Below, in pieces: positions 1-13,179 of a DNA stretch of 64,000 nucleotides. Below the pieces are notes generated by a model. That model worked only from the letters and a program-made list of their open reading frames with translations. It was not told where the DNA came from and ran no database searches. Every line of letters begins with the position of its first letter. The stretch's first letter is position 1. Where the stretch lies: positions 17,137,280 through 17,201,279 of the forward strand of contig NC_068989.1 of assembly GCF_001194135.2 (NCBI RefSeq). The letters run 5' to 3'. This DNA is from Octopus bimaculoides. Its lineage: Eukaryota. The position numbers were made by a program, and so were the translations under genes.

Positions 1-199
1 TTCTTCTTCTTCTCCCTCAGCTGCTCCTGCTTAAACCATCAATTCTCTGTACTCTTAAAACTATTCCTTCAGATTTACTACCTACCTACCTACCTACCTA
101 CCTACCTACCTACCTACCTACCGAGCATTCACAAAGGAAGAGAGCGAAAGACAGATAGGCTATTTGGAGACTATGGAAATATTTACCTATTTGAAAACT

Positions 200-1053
200 A
201 TGGAAATATTTACAAAATATTTCACTTAATTTTGATTCTGTCGACTACACAGTATAGTAGGGTCAGTTAGGTACCGTGTGTGAGAAAAACAGCACCATGA
301 CGCAATTCACCCTGTCAGAAATTTGGAAATGACATGCTGTATTGCTTGGCATTCGCGCCGGAAGCTCCAATACGAGCATCTCAGAATGTCTGGGTGTCAA
401 TGTGAAAACAGTGCAATCTGAGGACATGTACCGAGAGTGATAAAAATCAAACATCCAGGCAACATCATAGTGTTTGTAGTGATCACTAGTGATGGCGACA
501 TTATGACTCCGTTCATCTTCCCACAGGCCACAGACTCAACACGGAAGCCCACATCAAGGATCTGGAGGAGGTAGTGTTGCCCTGGGTCAAGCAGGTGGCT
601 GTTGGAAGACCCTATGTCTGACAACAGGACTCTACACCATGCCACACAAGCAGAAAAACCCAGTCATGGCTGTCAGACAATTTCTGCGACCACATCATCT
701 CTAGCATCTGGCCACCTAACTCATCAGACTGCAACTCCCTTGATTATTATGTGTGGGGCGCAGTTGAGCGAGAGACCAAAACACTCCTTGTAACACCAAA
801 GATGAACTGAAGGTAAGGATTATGACAGCATCCACCAACTTAAACAAGGAGACCATCCAGAAGAGTTGCAACAGATTCCGAAGTTGTCTGGAGGCCGTGG
901 TTGAAACCAATGACAATTTTATTGAATAAATGTACTCTTTAGTATTTAAAGATGTTTTTATGTAATTTGGATAAATATATCTGTTAAAATAAGATATCAA
1001 GTGTTATTTTCACTATTGCGTAATTTGGACGACAGCTTATTCACCGCACTCTG
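200..1053 (+). mobile_element. Decayed maT-family (DD37D) Tc1/mariner transposon
   Basis: Interrupted transposase ...GRPYV*QQDSTPCH...IWPPNSSDCNSLDYYVWG... with 37 residues between D (628) and D (742). Right end ...tcaccgcactctg followed by TA at 1054; left TIR not recognisable. Confidence 0.85.
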
Positions 1054-2143
1054 TATGTATATATTATAGAAAGATAGATCTACATACCTATAGCTTGTGC
1101 TCGTGCACACACAAAAACACACACATACACACGCACACGTATATATATACATACTCATATACCCCACCCCACGTATATATGAATAATAATCATACAATAA
1201 TCGTTAACGACAGCTTAGCTTATCTCGGTCAAACACCTCGTCTTCGTATAGAGTTAAGATAAGTTAACCGAGATGGAGTGGACAGCCTCCCCCCCACCAG
1301 ACAACTGACTACGCCGGAAATCCCAGTTACGGAAAGTAAATGAACTGAAATTGCTAGACCATTATTCATAATCAATAATATTATAAATAATATTAGTAAT
1401 AATAATTCATTTTATGGGCATAATGCTTGCAAATTTGAGGGTAGAAGCCAATCGATAACATCGTTCTGAGTACTTGACTGGTGCTTTCTTATCGACCCCG
1501 AATGGATGAAAGTCAAAGTCAACCTCTGGGTAATTTGAACTCAGAATATAGAGCGGGACAAAATACCGTAAGGCAATTTTTCCGATGTTCTAGCAACTCA
1601 ACCAGCTCGCCAGCTTAACAACAAAATACAACTATAATAATTCTTTCTGCGATAGGCAGGGGGACAGAAATTTTGGGGCAGGAGCAAGTCGATTACATAG
1701 ACCCCAATGCTCAACTAGTACTTAGTTCATCAACACCGAAACTGATGAAAGGCAAAGTCGACCTCGGCGGAATTTGAACTCAAAATATAAAGACGGAGAA
1801 ATGCCGCGAAGCATTTTGTCCGATGCTCTAGCAATTTTACAAGCTCGCCGTCTTAACAAAAACAACATTAATGACTTCTTTGTGGACTACTAAAAGTTTG
1901 CATAATGGTTGACGACGGTACAGGACGATACTATAACAATATGGTATGGGGTTACATGAAGGAGTGTAAGCAGTAAAATAGCAAAAACAACGAAACAAAA
2001 AAGGTCCCAAAAACCAGTCACCCTGACCATTAGGGAAAATACTCTCTCCTTTTAGAGTAGGTCCGTTCACTTAGACCATCCGTGCCATTCTCATTCACGT
2101 TTCAACAAATTTGCCAGAAGAGAGCGCTTCCATTTCTACCTTC

Positions 2144-2178
<35 letters not shown>

Positions 2179-2206
2179 TGTATGTATGTATGTATGTATG
2201 TATGTA

Positions 2207-2248
<42 letters not shown>

Positions 2249-2251
<3 letters not shown>

Positions 2252-2461
2252 GATGGGGTACTGAAAAGTCCCTGACTGGTATCGAGAAAGGTTTGGCTGG
2301 AGGCTCAACCTTCCGAGTTGTTTTACAGGGCTTAGAAAAACTAAAGGACCGCTGCAATAAGTGTGTGAATGTGAGAAGGGAATATATTGAATAAAATCAT
2401 AATTAACTGATCTTCCTGTATTTACGTTTACCCAAATCCAGAAACTTTTCAGCAGCCCTCA
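2249..2461 (+). mobile_element. Mariner deletion derivative (MITE-like)
   Basis: Imperfect TIRs (catgatggggtactgaaaagt / aaacttttcagcagccctca) with TA flanks. Interior encodes a mariner C-terminal remnant (LEKLKDRCNKCVNVRREYIE*). Confidence 0.7.
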
Positions 2462-2554
2462 TATATATGTGTGTGTATGTGTGTGTGTGTGAGTGTGTGT
2501 GCATATACATACATACATTCATGCATACATACACACACACATATATATACATAA

Positions 2555-2585
<31 letters not shown>

Positions 2586-2618
2586 GAGACAGAGAGAGAG
2601 AGAGAGTTGGAGACAGAC

Positions 2619-2666
<48 letters not shown>

Positions 2667-3506
2667 GAATTAACTCAAATTGTTGATAGTTTACTCTGAG
2701 TTTTGTCTTTATCTTTTCCCGACTCTATCAAAGTTGTGAGCAGTTAAGGATGAAACCCAAAGTAGCTTATCATCTTATATATCAATATATTTAATAACTT
2801 AACCTGTTTAGAAAAAAACAAAAGCAAAAACAAAAACAAAAAAAAAACATTAAATATTAATGGGATACAAGATGGTGGGTTAAACCGATGGCAAGAAAAG
2901 TCTCTACATGGTGAATCCCTGAAAAAACGAGGGTAAAAGAAAATGAACTGAATGAGGGTAGCACTGGATGAGGAACACAAGGCTCAAAGCTGAGACCGGA
3001 ATATTCTTGTTTGCTCGAAGCTCAAGGTTTTCTTAGAATACCTACACCGCAAAGCATATACGAAAGCAGAATATTGTAAATAAATATATAGACTATGTGA
3101 ATGTTGGGTAGTAATTATTCCCAGCGTCCCTGGCTGACCATTCTTATCCAAGAAATGATGCATCTACAGGTGTGGCAGCTTTTTAAAACTATTATTCCCT
3201 AAGTATGGAAGAACAGACTGTATCCATAGCTTTTGCTGGTCTCCCAAACCGATGTAATTGAAACTACTGACCATAAACAGCAACAAGTCAACGATTGCAT
3301 GAATGACATGTGCAAATACGGAACACCAGAGTGTCGACGTTCTGGTGTTGGTGTGTGAGAGAGAGACGAAGTTAGCTCGTTGTTGTTAGTGTGCAGACTG
3401 GGTGCCAAAAGGTAGAGAGACGAGTTATTGGGGAGTAATCTGAGAAAAATTGGCTCGAGACCAGCCAGCTTCCGGGGGTAGATGTTATTGTAGTATTGCT
3501 TGGATA

Positions 3507-3915
3507 GGCGCAGGAGTGGTTGTGTGGTAAGTAGCTTGCTTACCAACCACATGGTTCCGGGTTCAGTCCCACTGCGTGGCACCTTGGGCAAGTGTCTTCT
3601 ACTATAGCCTCGGGCCGACCAAAGCCTTGTGAGTGGATTTGGTAGACGGAAACTGAAGGAAGCCCGTCGTATATATGTATATGCATATATATATATATAT
3701 ATATATGTGTGTTTGTGTGTCTCTGTTTGTTTCCCCAACATCGCTTGACAACCGATGCTGGTGCATTTACGTCCCCGTAACTTAGTGGTTCGGCAAAAGA
3801 GACCGATAGAATAAGTACTAGGCTTACAGAGAATAAGTCCTGGGGTCGATTTGCTCGACTAAAGACGGTGCTCCAGCATGGCCGCAGTCAAATGACTGAA
3901 ACAAGTAAAGAGTAT
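3507..3915 (+). mobile_element. tRNA-headed CORE-type SINE (group S1)
   Basis: tRNA-like head (ggttccgggttcagtccc), CORE-like caccttgggcaagtgtctt, internal TA/TG microsatellite. Duplicated exactly after the gap (3952-4362). Other copies or halves near 15670-15870, 16190-16320, 18285-18640, 22314-22826, 25954-26115, 28100-28270, 35905-36080, 37005-37445 and 63105-63450. Confidence 0.85.
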
Positions 3916-4740
3916 AGACNNNNNNNNNNNNNNNNNNNNNNNNNNNNNGGATAGGCGCAGGAGTGGTTGTGTGGTAAGTAGCTTGCTTACCAACCACATG
4001 GTTCCGGGTTCAGTCCCACTGCGTGGCACCTTGGGCAAGTGTCTTCTACTATAGCCTCGGGCCGACCAAAGCCTTGTGAGTGGATTTGGTAGACGGAAAC
4101 TGAAGGAAGCCCGTCGTATATATGTATATGCATATATATATATATATATATATGTGTGTTTGTGTGTCTCTGTTTGTTTCCCCAACATCGCTTGACAACC
4201 GATGCTGGTGCATTTACGTCCCCGTAACTTAGTGGTTCGGCAAAAGAGACCGATAGAATAAGTACTAGGCTTACAGAGAATAAGTCCTGGGGTCGATTTG
4301 CTCGACTAAAGACGGTGCTCCAGCATGGCCGCAGTCAAATGACTGAAACAAGTAAAGAGTATAGACCGAGAGACAGCACGTCTGAAGCTTAGAAGCTGAA
4401 TGTATCTATAGCTATACTAACTAGACCAGTGGCCTTTCTCTAGATGCCATTGTACGGTGTCTGTGTGTGTTGGTTCAGCAATGCTCTTGATGTAGGAGTA
4501 GCATTTCATTGTGGATCTTATCTGAGTTTCGTAGTGTTTTAGAAATTGTTGGGAACTGAAGCATGCTCTGCCGAAAATAGCAATAAATAACAATAACGAT
4601 AAGAATAAGAAACAATCTGTAATATGGAAACAATGTTAAAGGATGAATCGATGTATCCTTACACTAAAATTTAGATTATCTCGACATTCCAAAGGCAAAT
4701 TCCTTTTGATATTTGCTGCTAATTTGTATTTAGAGTAGAC

Positions 4741-5010
4741 TCATTTAGTCTCACCAACTTCATCGATCTCATAAATTTTTTTATCAAATTGACTGTATGA
4801 CAGTTTCTCCTTCTCCTTCCTCTTTAACTTCCTCTTCGTGAAAGAGTTAATGAGGGTTTGACCTGAGAAACAAAACTCCGGCCACAGACATTTCTCCTTC
4901 AGCACAAACAAACGTGCTTTACCATAACAACCGAGTGGAGAAAGACTAATCGCTTGACCGGTCGATCTCTCGTTACAAATTCGCCTGAGAGCCAGATCTG
5001 TCTCGCTCGA
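4741..5010 (-). mobile_element. Degenerate Tx1/L1-like C-terminal remnant
   Basis: FSGQTLINSF..KLKRK resembles the FLFGTTLIDVFKFHLKRK segment at 49000-49060. Confidence 0.35.
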
Positions 5011-5015
5011 TAATG

Positions 5016-5076
<61 letters not shown>

Positions 5077-5460
5077 GGAAAAAATGCTTTCTAATTGATG
5101 TATCAATACCAGCAGATGACAACGTTTCCCTAAAAGAAATAGAGAAACTTTCAAAATATAAAGACCTGGAAATAGAGGTAACTTGAATGTGGAATCTAAA
5201 AACAGAAACAATTCCTATCATAGTAGGTGCCTTAGGTATAATAAAAAAATATTCAGACAAATACATAACAAAAACACCAGGACTTACAAATATATATAAC
5301 ATACAGAAAATTGCACTACTGGGCACTGAACACATCCTACGCAAAACACTTTCAATACAGTAACCATAAGAGCATCACAGCAAACCACAGCACATACCCA
5401 AGGCGCACAAAGCTGCGCTCGGTAGTGAAGTGAAAGCACGTTACAAAAATAAAACTACTG
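5077..5460 (+). mobile_element. R4/Dong-like non-LTR retrotransposon 3' fragment (family A)
   Basis: CFLIDVSIPADDNVSLKEIEKLSKYKDLEIE...IPIIVGALG...LLGTEHILRKTL* (restriction-like endonuclease tail). (TAA)n on both sides. Confidence 0.85.
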
Positions 5461-5870
5461 AATAATAATAATAATAATAGTAATACTGATAGATTGAGAA
5501 ACGTGATATCTATTGGAAGTTTCCAGATACCCGTGAGTATGAAACAGACTTCTCTCTGTAGCATGTTTCTTGACGCCAGCAACGTTTATTGATGTCAGCA
5601 GACAGTAAGATTCCATGCCATACAATAAGTAACTTTTAGGTTCCTGACTTTGCATCGGACGCGATACTGACGCATCGCATATCTCATTAATTATAGTCTG
5701 TGTGTAGCAGCGTTCCATCGTCATGTTTTTTTTTATAAGTAAATATAATTCTGGGCTGCGTTTTCACAAATTTGACAGCAATCGATTGTAATTATTATTA
5801 ATTATATTTATAATTAGTCTTGATCAAGCAGATCTGGCAAAAAGGCATTTCAGTCATAAAAGCTACGCCC

Positions 5871-5926
<56 letters not shown>

Positions 5927-6482
5927 GAGTGAGAGAGCAGTGAATGCCATCAAGGTGACACTGGGGTAAAATATACGAAGCTCATTATATCCATCATGAC
6001 TGCCCGTCTGATAAGGGTACACCAGGCACATGCATCACAACCACATGTACGCGACACGGTGATCTCATATCAAGATAAATAGCGCATGACCTCGCAGGTG
6101 GGGCCCAGTTGGAATTTTCTTTAGGTCGAGTAGCCCATACCACTCAAAAGGTCCCTGAATAAGGTTTGTTTAAGGATGTTGAGCAAAACACCAATGTTTC
6201 CAAAGGTGAATTATTCATACCCTAAAGAATTCCCCTCAACACATGGCTATGATGCTCCCCCACTACTTCTGCTCATGATCAGAGCTGTACATAATTCTCA
6301 GCCACCAAGAGACATGCTCAACTGGTTAAGGTCAAACAACTGACAAGCAAATCTGTGGTATTAAGCAGAATATTTGCTGTAGCCCATTTTTTATACCAAG
6401 ACAAAACAATGTACATGATAACACTTCCAATCAATTAAGATCAGAATCCACGAGAGCCACTGCCTGGTACTGCATCCGGGCA

Positions 6483-6486
<4 letters not shown>
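5927..6486 (-). mobile_element. Unclassified ~560-bp (AAT)n-tailed element, longest copy
   Basis: Non-coding. Ends ...ctgctctctcactc(AAT)n with (AAT)n also at the 5' side. Homologous copies at 48312-48649, 50141-50515 and 60621-60838. Confidence 0.8.
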
Positions 6487-6563
<77 letters not shown>

Positions 6564-6564
6564 C

Positions 6565-7220
6565 TAGGTGATGAGCAGGCAGAATCGTTCCATTTCGGGT
6601 AAAATGCTTAGTGGCATTTCGTCCGTCTTTACGTTCTGAGTTCAAATTCCGCCGAGGTCGACATTACCTTTCATTCTTTCGAAGTTGATAAAATAAGTTG
6701 AGTACTAGGGTCGATATAATCGACTATCTCCTTCCCCAAAATTTCAGGCCTTGTGCCTAAAGTAGAAAGGATTAGTACTATCATCGTCATTTGAGCCGGC
6801 ACAATCGTTAGCACGCCGGGTAAAATGCTTAGAGGCATTTAGTCTGTCTTTACGCTCTGAGTTCAAATTCCACCGAGGTCGACTTTGCCTTTCATTCTTT
6901 CGGGGTCCATGAAATAAGTACCAGTTGAGCACTGGGGTCGATGTACTTGACTAGCCCCTTACTCCAAAATTTCAAGCCTTGTATCTATAGTATTTTATTG
7001 TCGCTAAGGCGGCGAGTTGGCAGAATCGTTAGCACACTGGGGAAAATGCTTAACGGCATTTCGTCCGTCTTTATGTTCTGAGCTCAAATTTCGCCGAGGT
7101 CAATTTTGCCTTTCACCCTTTTGGGGTCGATAAATTAAGGACCGGTGAAACACTGAGATCGACGTAATCGACTAGACCTTATCACCCCAAATTTCTGGCT
7201 TTGACCTATAATAGAAAGGA
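6565..7220 (+). mobile_element. Three head-to-tail copies of tRNA-headed SINE group S2
   Basis: Each has gcagaatcgtt..., B-box gagttcaaattcc, and gaggtcgactttgcctttca..ggggtcgat. Other copies at 1410-1860 (two, minus), 7670-7900, 8445-8550, 17815-18022, 19285-19500, 20540-20776, 34333-34550, 40672-40770 and 60125-60540 (two). Confidence 0.85.
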
Positions 7221-7616
7221 TTATTATTATTATTGTTGTCGTTGATGATGATGATGATGATGATGATGATGTTGTTAATAATAATTATGGATTCTTCTGT
7301 CGAAGATGACGTGTGTTCAGCTGTTTGCTGAATGACCTGCGCAAATGATTTGTTTATACAGATACATTAAATGTATGTGCTGTACATTAGATCAAGGCCT
7401 CCATGAAACCGACGTCGCCTGGACAGGTGCACGGTGTACCACGTATCTGGTGTCGAAATGATTGCAGAGCAACGTGAGATGGTGTTTTGCTCAATAACAC
7501 AACGCACCACCCGGCTCAGGAATTGAACCACGAGCTCGCGACGGTGAGCGCAACACCCTAACCACTAGGTCATGATAATAATAATAATGATGATGATGAT
7601 GATGATGATAATAATG

Positions 7617-7669
<53 letters not shown>

Positions 7670-7898
7670 CTTTTTTACTATAGGCACAAGGCCTGAAATT
7701 TCGAGGGAAGGAAGAAGTCGATTACATCGACCCCAGTGCGTAACTGATACTTATTTCATCGACCCCGAAAGGATGAAAGGCAAAATCGACTTCGGCGGAA
7801 TTTGAACTAAGAATGTAAAGACGGACGAAACGATGCTAAGCATTTGACCCGACTTGCTAACGGCTCAACGCCTTAATAATAATGCCAGCTCACCGCCT

Positions 7899-7975
<77 letters not shown>

Positions 7976-8427
7976 CAGGAAAGTATTAGATGTTATGTTC
8001 AGATCCGGTGCTAGAACATAACAGACCGGACCTAGTGGTGGCGGACAAGGTGCACCACGTATGCTATATAGTTGACGTTGCATGCTCCTTTGATCCACGA
8101 ATAGTCAAAAAGGAAGGCGTAAAGATAAATACAACGCTCTTAAGTACGAAATAGCCCGGTAATGGAAAATGAAGGTGACGATAGTGACAATTATTGTTGG
8201 GTCCTTGGGAACAGTATCAGAGGAATATAAAGGAAATTGAAATAGAGTGCCCAGTAGAACTGTTTCAAAGGGTTTGCCTCCTTGGTACAGCCAGAATAAT
8301 CAAGAGAGTATTAGATAGCTGAAAAGAACGAATAGCATGGTACAGTAGGCTGCAGGTAGTAAGCCCGCTGCAGGTATTAAGCCGTAAGACTCCAGGAGCT
8401 CCAACAAAACTTGTGATAAAGTGAAAA
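7976..8427 (+). mobile_element. R4/Dong-like 3' fragment (family B)
   Basis: Closely similar to 39330-39790 (agaccggacctagtggtggcggacaaggtgcaccac...). (TAA)n on both sides. Confidence 0.85.
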
Positions 8428-9248
8428 TAACAATAATAATAATAATCCTTTTTACTAAAGGCACAAGGCCCGACATTTTTTGGGGCAGGGACTAGTCGAT
8501 TATATCGACCCCAGTGTTCCACTGGTACCTATTTTATCGACCCCGAAAGCAACGACAATGGTCACAACAATAACAATTTTTAATTGGTACACACTCTATA
8601 TAAATGTTTCTTCTTTACTTGTAATAAGGACGTATTACTAGAATGTGAAACCTCTTTCGTGAAGATATTTTTTACTGCTGCGGTTTGGTGTTTTAATTTG
8701 TTAATGGATTGTAGCAATCGCTCCTGAAACGGCCGTAGACCTGAATTTCTTCTTGCACTTTACGATGGATATTATTCTGGATTTCTGACTTGAATTCCTT
8801 TTGGCATTTTACGTTGGACATTATTCTGGATTCCTTATACCTTTATTAGTTTAACTATCTTATTTTTTAAGTTGTTAGTCGGCTTGCTATATATACATTC
8901 ATATTTTCTTCATGTATATTCTTCATACGCTTTCATACACATCATTCTTTACAGGTTTTTACAGGTTTTTACACGCTTTTATATATGTATATACGTATAT
9001 TCTTATACGTTCGGGTTTTGTGCACTGAACGCCCTGGTATTTTAATATGCATTTGTTTATGCTCAACAGTGTGAATATATGGGGATGATATAAAGTTGTT
9101 TGCCCAATTCTGATGTTTATTTTTTAACCACTGAGTTTGTCTTTTGCCTCAGTTTTTTACTCGAACGCTTCTATTTGCAGCCCCATATGTATTTTATTTT
9201 TCGACTCCTATAAGGAGAAACGAAATTTAAAAATTACATATCTTGTTG

Positions 9249-9294
<46 letters not shown>

Positions 9295-9297
<3 letters not shown>

Positions 9298-10491
9298 GGT
9301 GTTTCAAAAAATTTGATATCATAGTCAAAACAAATGAAACAGGTTTAATGTTGAACAACATAAGATTTATTCCTCCAAATTTGAATGAGAAATTCAAAAG
9401 TATGTGGATTCCATGAACGATTTCACAAATGTTCAATATGCTCACTGCCTGAGGCATGACAGACGTCAAATCGCTAGTCCAGCTCCTCTCAAACACGCAG
9501 CATGTCTTGGGTAACAGTCTCCAATGCAGTAGTGATTCTCTGTTCGAGTTCCTCTAGGTTTGCAGGAAGAGGTGGGACATAGACCAGGTCCTTCACATAG
9601 CCTTAGAGAAAAAAAATCGCATGGTGTCAGGTCAGGTGAACGTGGCGGTCATTTCAGCAGCACATTGCTTTCATCACCAGCACGCCCGATCTATCTTCCT
9701 CGCAGATTGTCATTGAGATAAGCCCGCACAGTGAGCTTCCAGTCAGTTGGAGCCCCCGTCAAAGAAAAACGAGCCATGAAGATGCTTCTTGGATATGGCA
9801 CAAAACACATTCACATTTGGTAAGCCCCTCTCGTGCTCAACTGTGGAATGGGGATTTTCTTCGTCCCAAATGCGAATATTAGGCTTATTGACTTTGCCAT
9901 TCGTATGAAATATGGCCTCATCACTGAAAACAAGACGTTCCTTGAACTTGGCTTCTTCAAGTTTCTCTTGGATATCAACACAGAATTGTTTGCGGTTTCG
10001 CCGTTATGGCCTGAACAAGCTGCAGCTTGTAGGGTTTCATTAGCAAGCGTTTCCTCAGGACGCGCAAAACTGTTATTGGAGGAATATAGTTTTCAGACTT
10101 GTTCTTCTTATGGACTTCTTGGGGCTTCGCAAAATTTTTGGCGAACCCGATGTTGGTGGTCGTCCAGATCCTTTTGCCCTGCACAGACAACCGCCCTCTT
10201 TGAATGTGTTGCGCCATGTCCAAATCTGCAATGGTGTTGGTGACTTTTTAGAGAACTCTCTCACAAATGCACGCTGCACAGTCTTGTTCGACTGTGTTCG
10301 AGCATGCTCCAACACACAAAACGCCTTTTCTCTTCCAGTGAATGCCATTTCTATACCTGTAAAGATAAACATATCAAACATTAAACATAAGAGTTTGACC
10401 TGTTTCATCACATGCTGTTAAAATTTGACGTCATTTGAGCAAGAACTGGGAAAGTTATTAGATTGCGAAATGATATCAAATTTTTTGAAAC
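9295..10491 (-). mobile_element. Decayed rosa-like (DD41D-related) Tc1/mariner transposon
   Basis: TIRs cagggtgtttcaaaaaatttgatatcat / atgatatcaaattttttgaaac (right TIR runs into a gap). Inserted in (TA)n. Transposase remnants MAFTGREKAFCVLE..., FSDEA, K*PPRSPDLTPCDFF, GYVKD, EHIEHL*. Confidence 0.88.
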
Positions 10492-13087
10492 NNNNNNNNN
10501 NNNNNNNNNNNNNNNNNNNNNNNNNNNNNNNNNNNNNNNNNNNNNNNNNNNNNNNNNNNNNNNNNNNNNNNNNNNNNNNNNNNNNNNNNNNNNNNNNNNN
10601 NNNNNNNNNNNNNNNNNNNNNNNNNNNNNNNNNNNNNNNNNNNNNNNNNNNNNNNNNNNNNNNNNNNNNNNNNNNNNNNNNNNNNNNNNNNNNNNNNNNN
10701 NNNNNNNNNNNNNNNNNNNNNNNNNNNNNNNNNNNNNNNNNNNNNNNNNNNNNNNNNNNNNNNNNNNNNNNNNNNNNNNNNNNNNNNNNGTATTTTGTCC
10801 AGTACTTATATTTCGTGTGTTTGCGTATTTTTCACCCGTTGGTGATACCCTGTACTTAGTATGTATTACAAATATATATATATATATATAACACAGAAAG
10901 CGATAGTTTTGGGAATACATCTCTTTCAAGAGATCTACCTTTATTCTAACTTATTTTTTTAAAACTTACTTTCCAGATAAATATTGTCAGACATCAGGTT
11001 GACTCAGCAAATGAAATGTTATCAGAAATGAATAAGAGACCGTTGATGAAGCTTCAACAAAATTAGTCTAGTCGATCTCTTTCTCCTGGTCAAAGAAAGA
11101 AAAACCTGCATCTTAACCACAGCGTCTTTTAAAATTTTTTTTATCACATCTCAAGCCTCCTTGTATGAGCTTTATATACGTACATGGGATTTTCTAATAT
11201 ATGCTAGTGAATTGACATCGGATTGGCAGTATGTATCAGTAGATTGATTTAGAACATAAAGGGCTGTAACAAAACAACTTATTGTACTTATTTACAATCC
11301 TTTATGCTCTGAGTTCAAATGTCGCTTTTGCTTTTCCTTTCATGTCACTGTATTTGACAATCCGCTTCTCCCCGTAGTTGTGGCCTTGTATTAATAATCA
11401 ATATTCTGTCTCAGTACATGTTTTCGTGTATGCGTGTATCCACTATTACCTTGCTTTTATATTGAACGTATTTGTTTAGTTGAGTGTAAGGGTGTAAATG
11501 CGTGAGTTGTGATTCTTTTCTACATAAATAAGGGGACGAGCACACCTGTATGATTAACAAGTTTGCTTCAGACTACATGGTTCCGGATTGTGGAATTTAC
11601 CCTCTAAGGAAAGGTAATTCTCTTAAATGGACCGTAACGTAAGGTAGGTACAACAACATGATAAACAGAATGCGATGAAATGATTACTAGAATCGATATA
11701 ATTGACTAAAACTTTCGAAGGCGTGCTGAAATAGGGACGTAATCTAATGACTAAAACCAGTAAACGAATTAAACTATAGACAACAGTGTGATTGATATTT
11801 AATGTTCTATATTAATCAAGTTTTTTTTCCCCGAACTGGCTACTTGTTTTCAGCTCAACAACTTTGTCTCGGTTATTAATTCCAGTTGGTATCAATCTTC
11901 TGTTTGAGGAGAACTCTTATCTTACTCATTTGGCTGTGTCACTTCATAACTAATTCATATGAATAATAGCTTGTTGATTACTGGTAGGAGGTATAGTCTT
12001 TTGGAGGCTTCACCTTTCTCGATACTATGTATATATAATTTTGATATATATCTAATACTCCTTTGTTTCTGGAGCGTTGTAGATGAACCATTTAGGTCTC
12101 GCGAAAAGGACTCTTAAAGTGACTATTAATTTTGTAGCATTCTTTTGTATATTGCAAAAATCATCTAAATATTCGATCTTTCAAAAGGTTTGGCCTCTAA
12201 ATTAGGCCACCTTATTCGTCAAACTCTTGACGGGTACGACATTTCTTCCACCACTAAAAAAGAAAATTTCTTTTTATTCAAAGAGTGCATTTTGCCTTTG
12301 TGAGCTCTATTGCCATTGAAGTCTTTCTGAAGGATCACACAAACAATGTTTTCTCTTCTCTGTCAATAGTTTCAAGTTAATGCTATTTTAATTCATTAGT
12401 TCAGATTACTTGAAGGGACATGTAAGCACATAGATTTTCTATATTGAATGGTAATTGTTACCAATTAAACAAACCACCCTTGCAATATCGTAGTATTCTC
12501 ATTATTATCCATAGTTTTAAATATTTAAGAGAGATCAGAAACGATTTGTGTATAATTTCACTATAGAAGACATGTTATTTATAAAGACAATTAACAAGGT
12601 CGTGTTTAATACATAACGTTATAGGAAGCTATTCCTTACTTCCAATAACGAAAAGTAATTATCGCCAACGCAAAACTTCTGCTTTCTTCAAACAAGGAAG
12701 TTATTGCTACAACTGAAATATTTCTTCATGCTTTTGAAGCTTTAAAAAATGATCTGGAATAGTAGCAATTATTAAGGTCCAAATTATAGGTTAAATAGCT
12801 TGTGAATCACTGAGGGTGATTCGCGCCAGGACTCTCATCTAGAAGGTAAACTCGTACTAAAATCCTGAAGTCCAGTAGGTTTCTTGTCTCAACCTCGGTT
12901 TTACCACTTTTTTATTGCTGATTGTCCTAAAAAGTGAATTCAGTGCTGTGAAACACTTACCACTCAAAAGAAATTCACACACATGAACTTCTTGGACTCT
13001 CGGAACATTTGCACGGACTTACTGAGTTTAAGATGTGGTCGTACTAGGTCACGAGTTGAATTCCACCATTCTTACATGTATGTATGC

Positions 13088-13120
<33 letters not shown>

Positions 13121-13179
13121 TGTATGTATGTATGTATGTATGCATGCATGCATGTATGTATGTATGTATGTATGTATGT

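Noticed and set aside
3505-4365. Apparent tandem duplication of a ~415-bp SINE
   Set aside because: The two copies are identical and separated only by a short N gap; most likely a contig-overlap assembly artefact.
9420-9760. Cluster of Trp-to-stop changes in the rosa-like transposase suggesting targeted editing
   Set aside because: Other Trp codons in the same element are intact; G-to-A decay of TGG is expected neutrally.
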